DNA of 37,372 nucleotides from Bacteroidales bacterium. Lineage in GTDB: Bacteria > Bacteroidota > Bacteroidia > Bacteroidales > 4572-128. A program made the position numbers and the translations under genes. A model generated the notes under the pieces. It saw only the letters and a program-made list of their open reading frames with translations, searched no databases and was not told the DNA's origin. Positions 26,171-36,780 of this stretch are shown here, piece by piece. The first letter of the stretch is position 1, and every line of letters starts with the position of its first letter. The stretch covers positions 1-37,372 of the forward strand of contig JAOZVH010000004.1 of the NCBI GenBank assembly GCA_029938235.1, read 5' to 3'.

Positions 26171-29100
26171 ATGTTTTTGTATTTTTCTTTTTTTTCAATA
26201 AATAAAAAAATACAAATAAAAGAAGATCAAGTAAATATTTTTGGTTTAGAAGAAAATTATTGTGAAAATTCCGAAAATGTAACTTTAATAGGAAATCCAG
26301 AAGGAGGAATTTTTGATGGTCCCGGAATATATGGAAATGAATTTAGACCAAATTCTTTAACAGCAGGAACTTATGAAATAAGTTACATTTTTGGTGAATT
26401 AAGTTATAGCAAAATTGTTACTATTAATACGGTTACAGAATTAAATTTTGAAAATTTAGAATTAGAAAACTTTTTTTGTCAGAATGATACAAATAATATC
26501 GTTTTAAAAGCAAATGTGCAAGGAGGAATTTTCTCTGGAGATGGTGTTCAAGACAGTATTTTTTCACCATTTTTGCTGGAAGCAGGAACGCAAACAATTC
26601 ATTATCAATATTATAATGAGTATAATTGTCTAAGTACAATAGAAAAAGAAATTGAAATAAAAGAAAAACCAAATTTAAGTTTTTCAAATTTAGAAAATAG
26701 ATATTGCAAAAATTCTGAGGATATAGTTTTATCTGCTAATCCAGAAAATGGAACTTTTTATGTCGAAAACATTATAAAAAATAATTTTGAAATTTCTAAT
26801 TTAGAAATTGGAAGTTATGCTATTTCTTATTTTTACAAGGATGAAAATAATTGTACCGATAGCATTTCAAAAAATGTTATAATTAATCCAATTCCTGAAT
26901 TAAATTTTAATTCTTTGGAAGCAGAATATTGTTATAATTCTCAGGACATAATTTTAAATGCAGAACCAGAAGGAGGAATTTTTGAAAATGAAGCAGTTGA
27001 TGGAAATATTTTTAATCCATCTTTACTTTCAAGTTCCGGAGAAACTAACATAGTTTATAATTTTACAGATGAAAATAATTGTCAAAATACAATTTCGCAA
27101 ACAATAAATATTCTCGATTTGCCAGAAATTAATTTCTCAGGTTTAGATGAAAATTATTGTAATAATGATAATTCTGGAAACATTTTAAATGGTGAACCTG
27201 CAGGAGGAGTTTTTTCTGGTTCTGGAATAATTGGAAATAAATTTTATCCAAAAAATCTTTCCGAAGGAACTTATGAAATTACATACAATTTTAGTGATGA
27301 AAATCTTTGTTACAACTCTGTAAAAAAAATTGTAAATATTTTTGGAGCTGGAGAAATTTCCATAGAAAATCTTGAAAATGAATATTGTATAAATTCTGAA
27401 AATGTAAATTTAGAAGTAAATATAAACGGAGGAATTTTTTCCGGCGACGGAATAACCGGAAGTATTTTTTCACCGAATGATGCTGGAGTTGGAGCAAAAA
27501 CTATAAATTACTCTGTGGAAGACGCTAATAATTGTCAATTGAATCATTCAAAAAATATTGTTATTTATGATTTGCCAGAAGTAACTATGCAATCTTTGAC
27601 AGAAAATTATTGTGTCAATTCAGATGATGTTGCTATAATTGTTTTTCCTGAGAATGGTGAATTTTCCGGAGATATAGAAATTTTAAACAACACTTTTTCG
27701 CCAAGTAATATTGTCGCAGGAAATTATGAAATTTCATATTCGTACACAAATGAAAAATCTTGTTCTAATACAATAACACAAAATATTTCCATTAATAATT
27801 TACCAATTTTAGATTTTGAAGGTTTGGAAAGTTCTTATTGTGGAAATGAAAATCCTGTAAATTTAACGCCAAATATTGAAGGAGGAATTTTTTCTGGAGT
27901 TGGAGTAAATTCTGCCAACGCAACTTTTAATCCAAACAATCTTATTCCAAATGAGTATGAAATTTATTATACATTTACAGATGAAAATTCCTGTACAAAT
28001 ATAGATACTCAGAAAGTAGAAATTCTTGGTCTTTATGATTTAGAGATTTTAAATCTATATGATTCTTATTGTTCTGATGCTTTGCCTATTTTGTTAGAAA
28101 CAAATTTGAACGGTGGAACTTTTACCGGAAATGGAATGGTTGGAAATCAATTTAGACCGTCAGATGCAGAATATGGAATTTTTGAAATTTCTTATCAATT
28201 TAGCGATGCAAATTTATGTGTCAGTGAAGTTAAAAAGATGGTTACTGTTTATTCTGCTCCGGAAGTTGATTTTGAAAATTTAGAGAGTGATTATTGTGAA
28301 AATTCTAATGTCGTAAATTTAGTTGGAATTCCTGAAAATGGAAGTTTCGAAGGAAATGGAATTGACGAAAAAGCATTTAATCCAGAAATTGCTGGTGAAG
28401 GTATTCATTCTATTTCTTATTCTTATACAGACGAAAATGGTTGTTATGCTTCAAAAATAAAAACCGCTATAGTTCATCCGATAGAAGATATTGATTTTAA
28501 CGGTATAGAGGAAGAATATTGTTTGAATACAGAAGATGCTATTTTAACTTCGGAAACAGAAAATGGAACTTTTTATGGTGATGGAATTTCTGGAAATTTA
28601 TTTAAGCCAAATTTGGCTGGAGTTGGAAATCACACGGTAACTTATTCTGTTACAGATGAATATCTTTGTACACATTCTAAAACTAAAAATCTTGTGGTTT
28701 ATGATTTGCCAAATGCAAATTTTATTAATTTTGACCAAACTTATTGTTTAACAAGTCCAGAAGTAATTTTACTTCCCGGTAATGAAAATGGCATTTTTTC
28801 CGGAGACGGAATAATTGAAAATGAGTTTAAATTTTCGCCAGAACTTGCTGGTCTTGGTGAGCATCAAATTACTTATACAGTAACTGACGAAAATAATTGT
28901 ACAAATACAGAAACAAAAAAAACTGATATTTTGGAAGTTCCTGAATTAGAAATTTTGGGTTTAGAAGACAATTATTGTATTGGAATTACAGAAATTGAAT
29001 TATCTGCAAATTTAGAAGGAGGAACTTTTTCTGGCGATGGAATAGTTGGAAATTATTTTTATCCAAATAATTTAGAAGTTGGAACTTATGAAGTTTTTTA

Positions 29101-32100
29101 TAATTTTAATAATTATTGTGATAATACCATCAGCAAAACTGTAAATATTCGTGGATTACCAGAATTAAATTTTGATGGTTTAGATGAAAATTATTGTCAT
29201 AATGCTGATTTTGTAAATCTTTCCTCAGAGCAAGAAAATGGTATTTTCTCTGGAAATGGAATAATAGAAAATAAATTTTTTCCACAAAATGCAGAAATTG
29301 GAGAAAATGAAATTACATATACTTACACAGACGAATTTAATTGTGAAAATTCAATTTCAAAAAGTGTAAATATTTATGAAATTGCGGAATTAGATTTTGA
29401 TGGTTTAGATGAAAATTATTGCATAAATTCTGTATTTGCTATTTTAACTCCAAATATTGAAGGGGGAAGTTTTTCCGAAAATATAGAAAATAATGAATTT
29501 AATTCTCAAAATTTAGGAGTTGGTACACATCAAATAACTTATTCTTTTACAGATTTAAATAATTGTTTTTTATCAAAAACGAAAAACGTTTCTGTAAATG
29601 ATATTCCAGAAATAAATATTTTAAATTTAGACGATGAATATTGTGAAAATTCTTTTTCTGTAAATTTAGAATCGTCGCCTGCAAATTGTAATTTTTCCGG
29701 AAACGGTGTAATTGATAATGTTTTTACACCGTCTTTAGCTTCGTATGGAATTAACACAATTATTGCAACTTTTACAGATGAAAAAAATTGTTCAAATTCC
29801 ATTTCAAAAGATGTTTCTATTTTTGATATGGAAGATTTAACTATAGAAAATCTCGAAAATGATTATTGCGAAGATGCAGAAAATGTTACTTTATCTGCAA
29901 ATATAGATGGAGGAACTTTTAGCGGAGCTGGTATAAATGAAAATATTTTTAGCATAAATAATTCTGGAATTGGTGAACATACAATTTATTATAATTACAC
30001 AGATTTAAATAATTGTACACAAATAATTTCTCAAAATGTTAATGTCCATCAAAATCCAGTTGTTGATTTTGGTTACACAACAAATATTTTTACAGATACG
30101 CCTGAAAATATTGTTTTAAATGCTGGTGCTGGATTTTCATCTTACGAATGGCAAGATGGCTCTAACGCACAAGCTTTTAATGTTCAAACTTGGGGAGATT
30201 ACAGTGTAGAAGTTACAGATGAAAATTCTTGTAAAAGTATCGCTGAGGTATCTATTTCTTTTAGTACTAATGATTTAGGAATAAAAAAAATCATTTCTCC
30301 TGTTTCAAAATGTGAACTTAGCGATAATGAAAATATTATTTTAGAAATAGAAAATTGCGGAGAAACTATTTTAGCAGGTGAAACTATCACCATAAATTAT
30401 AATATAGGTTCAACTCCTTTTGTTGAAGTAATTACATTAGAAGAAGATTTTCTTGCTTATACAAGTTTAATACATACTTTTTCACAAACAGCAGATTTTT
30501 CTAATTTTGAAAGTTATGATTTTGCGTTTTCTTTGGCAGGTGGAGATGGAAATTTTACTAATGATACAAAAAATGCTGTAATTAAAAATTTAAATTTTGT
30601 TGATTTAGCTTTAGATTTTGAAAATTTAGAAGACAATTATTGTATAAATTCTGAAAATTCTTTATTAACTACAAATGTAGAAGGTGGAATTTTTTCTGGA
30701 AATGGAATTAATGAAAATTATTTTTCTCCGGAATTAGCTGGTGAAGGAATTCATGAAATTAAATATACTTATATAAATGAAAATAATTGTGTTTCTGAAA
30801 TTACAAAAAATGTAGAGGTTTTTGATGTTCCAAATTTTGATTTTGAAATTAATGATTCATATTGTATGGGTTCAAATCCAGTGTTTTTAAATGCTTCTGT
30901 TGAAGGAGGTAATTTTTCTGGAAACGGAATTAATGGAATTAATTTTAATCCTAATGTTGCAGGAGTTGGAAGTCATAATATTTCTTATAATTACACAGAC
31001 GGAAATAGTTGTAATTATGAAATTACAAAATCAGTAAATATTTATGAGCCGCTTATTGCGAATATTAACGGTTTAAATGATGTTTATTGTAAAAATGGAG
31101 AAAGTTCAATTTTAATTGGTTTTCCAGAAAGTGGTTCTTTTTCAGGAACAGGAATTAGTGGAAGTGTTTTTAACCCTAATTTTGCAAATGACGGTGAAAA
31201 TACAATTTATTATAATGCTACAGATTTTAACGGTTGTGCTGTAAATACGACAAAAAATGTTTTTATTAATTCTTTAGAGGATTTAGATTTTGATTTAGAA
31301 GAAAATTATTGTATAAATTCAGAAAATATTTTATTAACACCAAATTTAGAAAATGGTATTTTTTCCGGAGAAGGAATTTTTGAAAATAATTTTTTCAATC
31401 CAAGTGTTTCTGGAATTGGTAATAATGCGATAACTTACACTTATAAAGATGAAAATAATTGTGTTTCTCAAATTACAAAAGAAACTAATATTTTAAGTGT
31501 TGGAGAGGTAGATTTTGACGGTTTAGAAAATGAATATTGTGTAAATTCCGAAGATCTTATTCTTTTACCAACCATTGAAAATGGTATTTTTTCCGGAGAA
31601 GGTATTGATGGAAATACTTTTTCGCCAGAAAATGCCGGAGAAGGTGCAAAAAACATAACTTATTCTGTTACTACAGAAAATAATTGTTTAATTTCTGTTA
31701 CAAAAAATGTAATTATTCACGGTTTACCGTCTTTAGAATTTAAAAATTTAGAAGATTTTTATTGTGTTTCTGAGCAAGGTTTTATTATGAATACAAATTA
31801 TACCGGAGGAATTTTTTCAGGAAACGATGGAATTGCTGGAAATGGATTTTTTCCACAAATTGCAGGTTCAGGAACTCATACTATAAATTATAATTTTACA
31901 GACGAAAATTCTTGTGAAAATACCATTTCAAAAGAAGTAGAAATTATAGAATTGCCTGATGCAAGTTTTACAGAATTAGAAGAAGAATATTGTTTAAATA
32001 CTCCAGATATAGATTTAGAAGCTTCAAATGAAGGAGGAATTTTTTCCGGAGATGGAATAATAGAAAATAAATTTTATCCGGAATTTGCAGGACTTGGAAC

Positions 32101-35100
32101 TCATATTTTAGAATATTCTTATACGGATGAAAATAATTGTAAAAATGATCTTTCACAAAATGTAACAATTAGAAATATTCCAAATGTAAAATTTAGAATG
32201 TTGGATAATAGTTTTTGTAAATCTGACGAAGCCATAGAATTGGAAGCAACTCCAACAGGTGGAACTTTCTCCGGAAATGGTGTTAATGGTGAATTTTTTG
32301 ACCCAAATGATGCTGGCGTAGGAACTCATAATATTGAATATAATTATGTAAATAATTTTAATTGCAGTAACACAGCTATAAAAAGTTTTACTATAAATGA
32401 TGTTCCAAGTTTAGATTTTCAAGGACTTGAAAATGAATATTGTCATAATTCTGACATTGTGAATTTAACACCAAATTTAACTGGTGGAATTTTTAGCGGA
32501 ATAGGAATTTATGAAAATACTTTTAATCCATCTTCATTAGAAACAGGAGTTTATAATATAAGTTACTCTTTGAATACAGAAAATAATTGTTATTCAAGTG
32601 TAGAAAAATCTGTTACTATTTTACCAATAATTGATGTAGATTTTACAAATTTAGATACTGACTTTTGTATAAATGAGACAAATATGACTTTGTCAGCAAA
32701 CGATGAAAATGCAACTTTTTCCGGAACAGCGGTTAATAAAAATATTTTTAATCCAAGTGTTGCAGGAATTGGGACGAATACAATAAATTTACATTTTACT
32801 GACGAAAATAATTGTAATATTGTAAAAAGCGAAATTGTAAATATACATTCTTTGCCGAATGTAGATTTTCAAAATTTAGAAAACGAATATTGTTTAAGTT
32901 CTGATACTGTACATTTACAAGGAAATTTTGAAAATGGAAATTTTTATTTTGATAATTCGGCTCTGGGAGATACTTTTTTTAGAATTGATAATTATAATGT
33001 TGGAAATCATCAAATAAAATTTTCTTATTTAGACGAATTTAATTGTTTTTCTTATAAAACTAAGGATTTTGTTATTGCTAATTTGCCACAAATAGAATTT
33101 GTAAATTTAGAAGAAGAATATTGTAAAAATTCTGAAGAAGTAATTTTACAATCAAATTTTCCAGAAAGTATTTTTTCCGGAGAAGGAGTTGTTGATGGAG
33201 TTTTTTATCCAAATCTTTTAGATGAAAATGTAGAAACTACAATTATTTACTGTTCATATACAGATGAAAAATCTTGTGTAAATTCTATAGAAAAAGAAAT
33301 TACAATAAATTATCCGACAGAAATAAGTTTTGAAAATTTAGAAAATTCCTATTGTTTAAATGATGAAATTGTAGTTTTAAATTCAGAATTTGAAAATTCT
33401 TATTTCTCTGGAAATGGAGTTATCGGAAACACTTTCAATCCAGAACTTGCTGCAGCAGGAGAGCATAATATTTATTTGCATTTTGTAAATGATAATAATT
33501 GTTTTTCTGATATTTCGCAAAGCGTAAATGTTTTAGAATTGCCGAATTTAAGTTTTGAAAATTTAGAAAATTCATATTGTAAAAATGACGAAAAAATTGC
33601 TTTGGAAGCAAATTTTGAAAATGCAATTTTTGAAATTCAAGCAGAAGAAAAAGATACTTTAGATATTCCAAACTTGGAAGTTGGAAGTTATAATATTATT
33701 TGTAATTATACAGATGAAAATTCTTGTTCAAATTCCATTTCAAAAAATGTAATTATAAATAACTTTCCTGACGCAAATTTTCAAGGTTTAGATACTGCAT
33801 ATTGTCAAAATTCTTTATTTTCTGTTTTACAAGCAAATGAAAATGGAGGAGAATTTAATGGTGATGGTCTAATTGAAAATATTTTTTATCCGAATTTATT
33901 AGATTCAGGAAATTATGAAATTTCTTATAATATAACTAATGAAAATAATTGTTCAAATTCTTTTACAAAACTTGTAAAAATTCATCATTTAGAGGAAATT
34001 ATTTTTTTAAATTTAGAAGAAAATTATTGTAAAAATGACATTGTAGTTTTAAAAGCTGCTCCTTCTGATGGATTTTTTGAGGGTTTTGGAATAGAAAGCG
34101 ATTCTATTTTTAAAGCTATTAGCTCTGGCGAACAAATTATTTTTTATAATTACACAGATACAAATAATTGTTTTCAGAAAGTTTCAAGAATTACAAATAT
34201 AAGGAATTTACCAATTATTGAATTTGATGAATTAGAAAAAAATTATTGTAAGAATGATATTTTAATTGCATTAAATGGAAATCAATTATCAGGTATTTTT
34301 TCCGGAGATGGGATAATAGGAAATAATTTAAATCCATCTTTGGCAGATGCTGGAGAAAATCAAATAACTTATTCATATACAGATAATAATAATTGTACAT
34401 CAGAAATATCGCAAAGTTTTAATATTAATCTTTTGCCTGATTTAAGTTTTGAAAATTTAGAAAATCATTATTGTAAAAAAGATGAAATTATAAATATACA
34501 AACATCTCCAACTTATGAAAATACTAATTTTTCTGGTGGAAATACAGATAAAGATGACGAGCTTTCATTAAATGAAATTGGAACTTTTATAATAAATGCA
34601 TCTTATACAGATGAAAATTTATGTGAAAATTCCATTTCACAAAATATAGAAATTCATGATTTACCAACCGTTTCTATTAATTTGGATTCTTTAGATTATT
34701 GCAAAGGTAATTCTTTACACCAATTAAGTGTTTCGCCAGAAGGAGGAACTTTTGAAGGAATGGAAGTTATAGATAATTCTTTCAGTATAGATAAATTGGA
34801 AAGTGGAAATTATAAAATTGTTTATGAGTTTACAGATGGATTTTCTTGTACTGCAAAAGACTCTGTAAATTTCGAAATTCATAGTTTACCGAGTGTAAGT
34901 TTTTCTGGAATAGATGAAGAATATTGTTTAAATAATGATACTGTTCATTTAACAGGAACTCCGGAAAATGGAATTTTCTCTAACTATACAGATACTTCAT
35001 TTTTTGTGCCGTCTATTTCCGGAGATTTTGAAATTAAATATGAGTTTGTGGACGAGTTTTTTTGCAAAAATTCGCAAACAAAAAACTTTACAGTTCATAA

Positions 35101-36763
35101 TTTACCAGATATTTCTTTCGAAGGTTTAGCGGAAAATTATTGTAAAAATAGTGAATTTGATATTTTAACAGCAAGTATTTCTTCGGCGACTTTCTCTGAA
35201 AATATAGAAAATGAAAATGAATTTCATCCGGAAAATGCTGATATTGGAGAAAATACGATTTTTTTAACTTACACAGACCAAAACCTTTGTACTGCTTTGG
35301 ATTCTCAAAAAACCATAGTTTATGAAATTCCAGAGATAACTTTTGAAATTGAAAATAATGTATTTTGTATAAATGATGCACAAATTTTTTTAGATGTAAA
35401 TCCATTAGGAGGAACTTTCGAAGGAAATGCTCTTACAAATAATTCATTTTTCCCATCTGAAGCAGGAGCAGGAACTCAGGAAATTATTTATACTTATACT
35501 GACGAAAATTTTTGTACAAATTTTGTTACGCAAGAAATAATTGTAAATCCTTTGACGGATTTGAGTTTTATAAATTTAGAAGAAAGATATTGTGAAGATT
35601 TTGGAGATATAGAATTGCAAGCATATCCAAGTGGTGGAAAATTTTATAAGAACAATTCTTTTGAAGATGAAATTGAGAATTTTGTATATGAATATCCGGG
35701 GGATTATATTATTACTTATAAACACACAGACGAAAATAGTTGTAAAAATAGCATTTCAAAAAATATCAGAATAATGCCTTTGCCAAATGTTGATATTTTA
35801 AATTTGGATAGTATTTTTTGTGTAAATTCTAATGATATTGAGATTTTGCCATTTCCATTTACAGCAAAACTTTTTTATAATAATGAAGAAATAAATGAAA
35901 ATATTTTTTCTCCGGAAGATTTTGGAGTGGGAAGTTTTGAAATTATTTGTAAATATGAAGACATAAACAATTGTAAAAATTCTAAAACGAAAATAATAAA
36001 AGTCAAAGACATTCCTGATGTGGAATTTTTATTAGATTCAGATACTTTATTATGTCAAAATAGTGATTCTATTTTATTAAAAGCCATTCCAAAAGGTGGA
36101 ACTTTTTCTGGACTTGGTGTTGAAAAAGACTCTTGTTTTTTTCCTGAAATTGCAAATATTGGAACTCATAAAATTAAATATGTTTTCACAGATACTACAG
36201 CTTCTGATAAAAAATGTTCAAATTTTGCGGAAATAAATTTAAAAGTAAATTCTTTACCAAATTTAGAATTTGAAAAAAGTATTATAGAAACAGATTTACC
36301 TTTGAATTTGTATAATACTTTGAATATTGAAAATACTGACACTGATACGAGTTTTTTTAATTTCATTTGGAATGATGGTATTATTGATTTATTAAATTAT
36401 GAAATTAAAAATTACGGTAATTATTCTTTAAAATTGGAAAATAGAGATACAAAATGTTCTATTTTTGAAAATATTTCTATTGAACGAAGTTCTAATTATG
36501 GAAGATTAGTAATTAATGCTTATCCAAATCCATCTTATTCTCGTGATAAGTTAATGATTTCTGTTGACCAACTTGAAGAAAAAGATGTTGTTATTGAACT
36601 TTTAACTTTTATTGGTCAAGTTTTATATCATAAAGAAATTAAAGATGTTTTATTTTTTGTTGATGAATTTGATATTTCTAATTTAGAAGAGGGAATTTAT
36701 TTTATTAGAGTAAATTACGGAGTTCAAGAAAACACAATTAAAAAAGTTGTAATTATGAAATAA
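26171..36763 (+). CDS. Giant T9SS type-A-sorted surface protein: 42 tandem ~75-aa Cys-containing Ig-like repeats, central Ig + CARDB-like insert, C-terminal CTD (true start probably upstream, about 26126)
   Basis: Repeat consensus F-x-x-L-x-x-x-YC-x-N...GGxFSGxG...FxP...G...IxYxYTDENNC...xxP, counted by hand as 17 + 25. CTD has AYPNP...ELLTFIGQ...DISNLEEGIYFIRV...KKVVIMK. Confidence 0.93.
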   Translation: MFLYFSFFSINKKIQIKEDQVNIFGLEENYCENSENVTLIGNPEGGIFDGPGIYGNEFRPNSLTAGTYEISYIFGELSYSKIVTINTVTELNFENLELENFFCQNDTNNIVLKANVQGGIFSGDGVQDSIFSPFLLEAGTQTIHYQYYNEYNCLSTIEKEIEIKEKPNLSFSNLENRYCKNSEDIVLSANPENGTFYVENIIKNNFEISNLEIGSYAISYFYKDENNCTDSISKNVIINPIPELNFNSLEAEYCYNSQDIILNAEPEGGIFENEAVDGNIFNPSLLSSSGETNIVYNFTDENNCQNTISQTINILDLPEINFSGLDENYCNNDNSGNILNGEPAGGVFSGSGIIGNKFYPKNLSEGTYEITYNFSDENLCYNSVKKIVNIFGAGEISIENLENEYCINSENVNLEVNINGGIFSGDGITGSIFSPNDAGVGAKTINYSVEDANNCQLNHSKNIVIYDLPEVTMQSLTENYCVNSDDVAIIVFPENGEFSGDIEILNNTFSPSNIVAGNYEISYSYTNEKSCSNTITQNISINNLPILDFEGLESSYCGNENPVNLTPNIEGGIFSGVGVNSANATFNPNNLIPNEYEIYYTFTDENSCTNIDTQKVEILGLYDLEILNLYDSYCSDALPILLETNLNGGTFTGNGMVGNQFRPSDAEYGIFEISYQFSDANLCVSEVKKMVTVYSAPEVDFENLESDYCENSNVVNLVGIPENGSFEGNGIDEKAFNPEIAGEGIHSISYSYTDENGCYASKIKTAIVHPIEDIDFNGIEEEYCLNTEDAILTSETENGTFYGDGISGNLFKPNLAGVGNHTVTYSVTDEYLCTHSKTKNLVVYDLPNANFINFDQTYCLTSPEVILLPGNENGIFSGDGIIENEFKFSPELAGLGEHQITYTVTDENNCTNTETKKTDILEVPELEILGLEDNYCIGITEIELSANLEGGTFSGDGIVGNYFYPNNLEVGTYEVFYNFNNYCDNTISKTVNIRGLPELNFDGLDENYCHNADFVNLSSEQENGIFSGNGIIENKFFPQNAEIGENEITYTYTDEFNCENSISKSVNIYEIAELDFDGLDENYCINSVFAILTPNIEGGSFSENIENNEFNSQNLGVGTHQITYSFTDLNNCFLSKTKNVSVNDIPEINILNLDDEYCENSFSVNLESSPANCNFSGNGVIDNVFTPSLASYGINTIIATFTDEKNCSNSISKDVSIFDMEDLTIENLENDYCEDAENVTLSANIDGGTFSGAGINENIFSINNSGIGEHTIYYNYTDLNNCTQIISQNVNVHQNPVVDFGYTTNIFTDTPENIVLNAGAGFSSYEWQDGSNAQAFNVQTWGDYSVEVTDENSCKSIAEVSISFSTNDLGIKKIISPVSKCELSDNENIILEIENCGETILAGETITINYNIGSTPFVEVITLEEDFLAYTSLIHTFSQTADFSNFESYDFAFSLAGGDGNFTNDTKNAVIKNLNFVDLALDFENLEDNYCINSENSLLTTNVEGGIFSGNGINENYFSPELAGEGIHEIKYTYINENNCVSEITKNVEVFDVPNFDFEINDSYCMGSNPVFLNASVEGGNFSGNGINGINFNPNVAGVGSHNISYNYTDGNSCNYEITKSVNIYEPLIANINGLNDVYCKNGESSILIGFPESGSFSGTGISGSVFNPNFANDGENTIYYNATDFNGCAVNTTKNVFINSLEDLDFDLEENYCINSENILLTPNLENGIFSGEGIFENNFFNPSVSGIGNNAITYTYKDENNCVSQITKETNILSVGEVDFDGLENEYCVNSEDLILLPTIENGIFSGEGIDGNTFSPENAGEGAKNITYSVTTENNCLISVTKNVIIHGLPSLEFKNLEDFYCVSEQGFIMNTNYTGGIFSGNDGIAGNGFFPQIAGSGTHTINYNFTDENSCENTISKEVEIIELPDASFTELEEEYCLNTPDIDLEASNEGGIFSGDGIIENKFYPEFAGLGTHILEYSYTDENNCKNDLSQNVTIRNIPNVKFRMLDNSFCKSDEAIELEATPTGGTFSGNGVNGEFFDPNDAGVGTHNIEYNYVNNFNCSNTAIKSFTINDVPSLDFQGLENEYCHNSDIVNLTPNLTGGIFSGIGIYENTFNPSSLETGVYNISYSLNTENNCYSSVEKSVTILPIIDVDFTNLDTDFCINETNMTLSANDENATFSGTAVNKNIFNPSVAGIGTNTINLHFTDENNCNIVKSEIVNIHSLPNVDFQNLENEYCLSSDTVHLQGNFENGNFYFDNSALGDTFFRIDNYNVGNHQIKFSYLDEFNCFSYKTKDFVIANLPQIEFVNLEEEYCKNSEEVILQSNFPESIFSGEGVVDGVFYPNLLDENVETTIIYCSYTDEKSCVNSIEKEITINYPTEISFENLENSYCLNDEIVVLNSEFENSYFSGNGVIGNTFNPELAAAGEHNIYLHFVNDNNCFSDISQSVNVLELPNLSFENLENSYCKNDEKIALEANFENAIFEIQAEEKDTLDIPNLEVGSYNIICNYTDENSCSNSISKNVIINNFPDANFQGLDTAYCQNSLFSVLQANENGGEFNGDGLIENIFYPNLLDSGNYEISYNITNENNCSNSFTKLVKIHHLEEIIFLNLEENYCKNDIVVLKAAPSDGFFEGFGIESDSIFKAISSGEQIIFYNYTDTNNCFQKVSRITNIRNLPIIEFDELEKNYCKNDILIALNGNQLSGIFSGDGIIGNNLNPSLADAGENQITYSYTDNNNCTSEISQSFNINLLPDLSFENLENHYCKKDEIINIQTSPTYENTNFSGGNTDKDDELSLNEIGTFIINASYTDENLCENSISQNIEIHDLPTVSINLDSLDYCKGNSLHQLSVSPEGGTFEGMEVIDNSFSIDKLESGNYKIVYEFTDGFSCTAKDSVNFEIHSLPSVSFSGIDEEYCLNNDTVHLTGTPENGIFSNYTDTSFFVPSISGDFEIKYEFVDEFFCKNSQTKNFTVHNLPDISFEGLAENYCKNSEFDILTASISSATFSENIENENEFHPENADIGENTIFLTYTDQNLCTALDSQKTIVYEIPEITFEIENNVFCINDAQIFLDVNPLGGTFEGNALTNNSFFPSEAGAGTQEIIYTYTDENFCTNFVTQEIIVNPLTDLSFINLEERYCEDFGDIELQAYPSGGKFYKNNSFEDEIENFVYEYPGDYIITYKHTDENSCKNSISKNIRIMPLPNVDILNLDSIFCVNSNDIEILPFPFTAKLFYNNEEINENIFSPEDFGVGSFEIICKYEDINNCKNSKTKIIKVKDIPDVEFLLDSDTLLCQNSDSILLKAIPKGGTFSGLGVEKDSCFFPEIANIGTHKIKYVFTDTTASDKKCSNFAEINLKVNSLPNLEFEKSIIETDLPLNLYNTLNIENTDTDTSFFNFIWNDGIIDLLNYEIKNYGNYSLKLENRDTKCSIFENISIERSSNYGRLVINAYPNPSYSRDKLMISVDQLEEKDVVIELLTFIGQVLYHKEIKDVLFFVDEFDISNLEEGIYFIRVNYGVQENTIKKVVIMK

Positions 36764-36780
36764 TTATAATTTAAAAATTT

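Noticed and set aside
26433-36366. Short minus-strand ORFs within the giant gene, and similar shadow ORFs within der, citE, the ankyrin gene, pepA, the PstS-like gene, WD40-caspase, the kinase and the LTA synthase
   Set aside because: They are fully nested in well-supported CDSs and show no family motifs.
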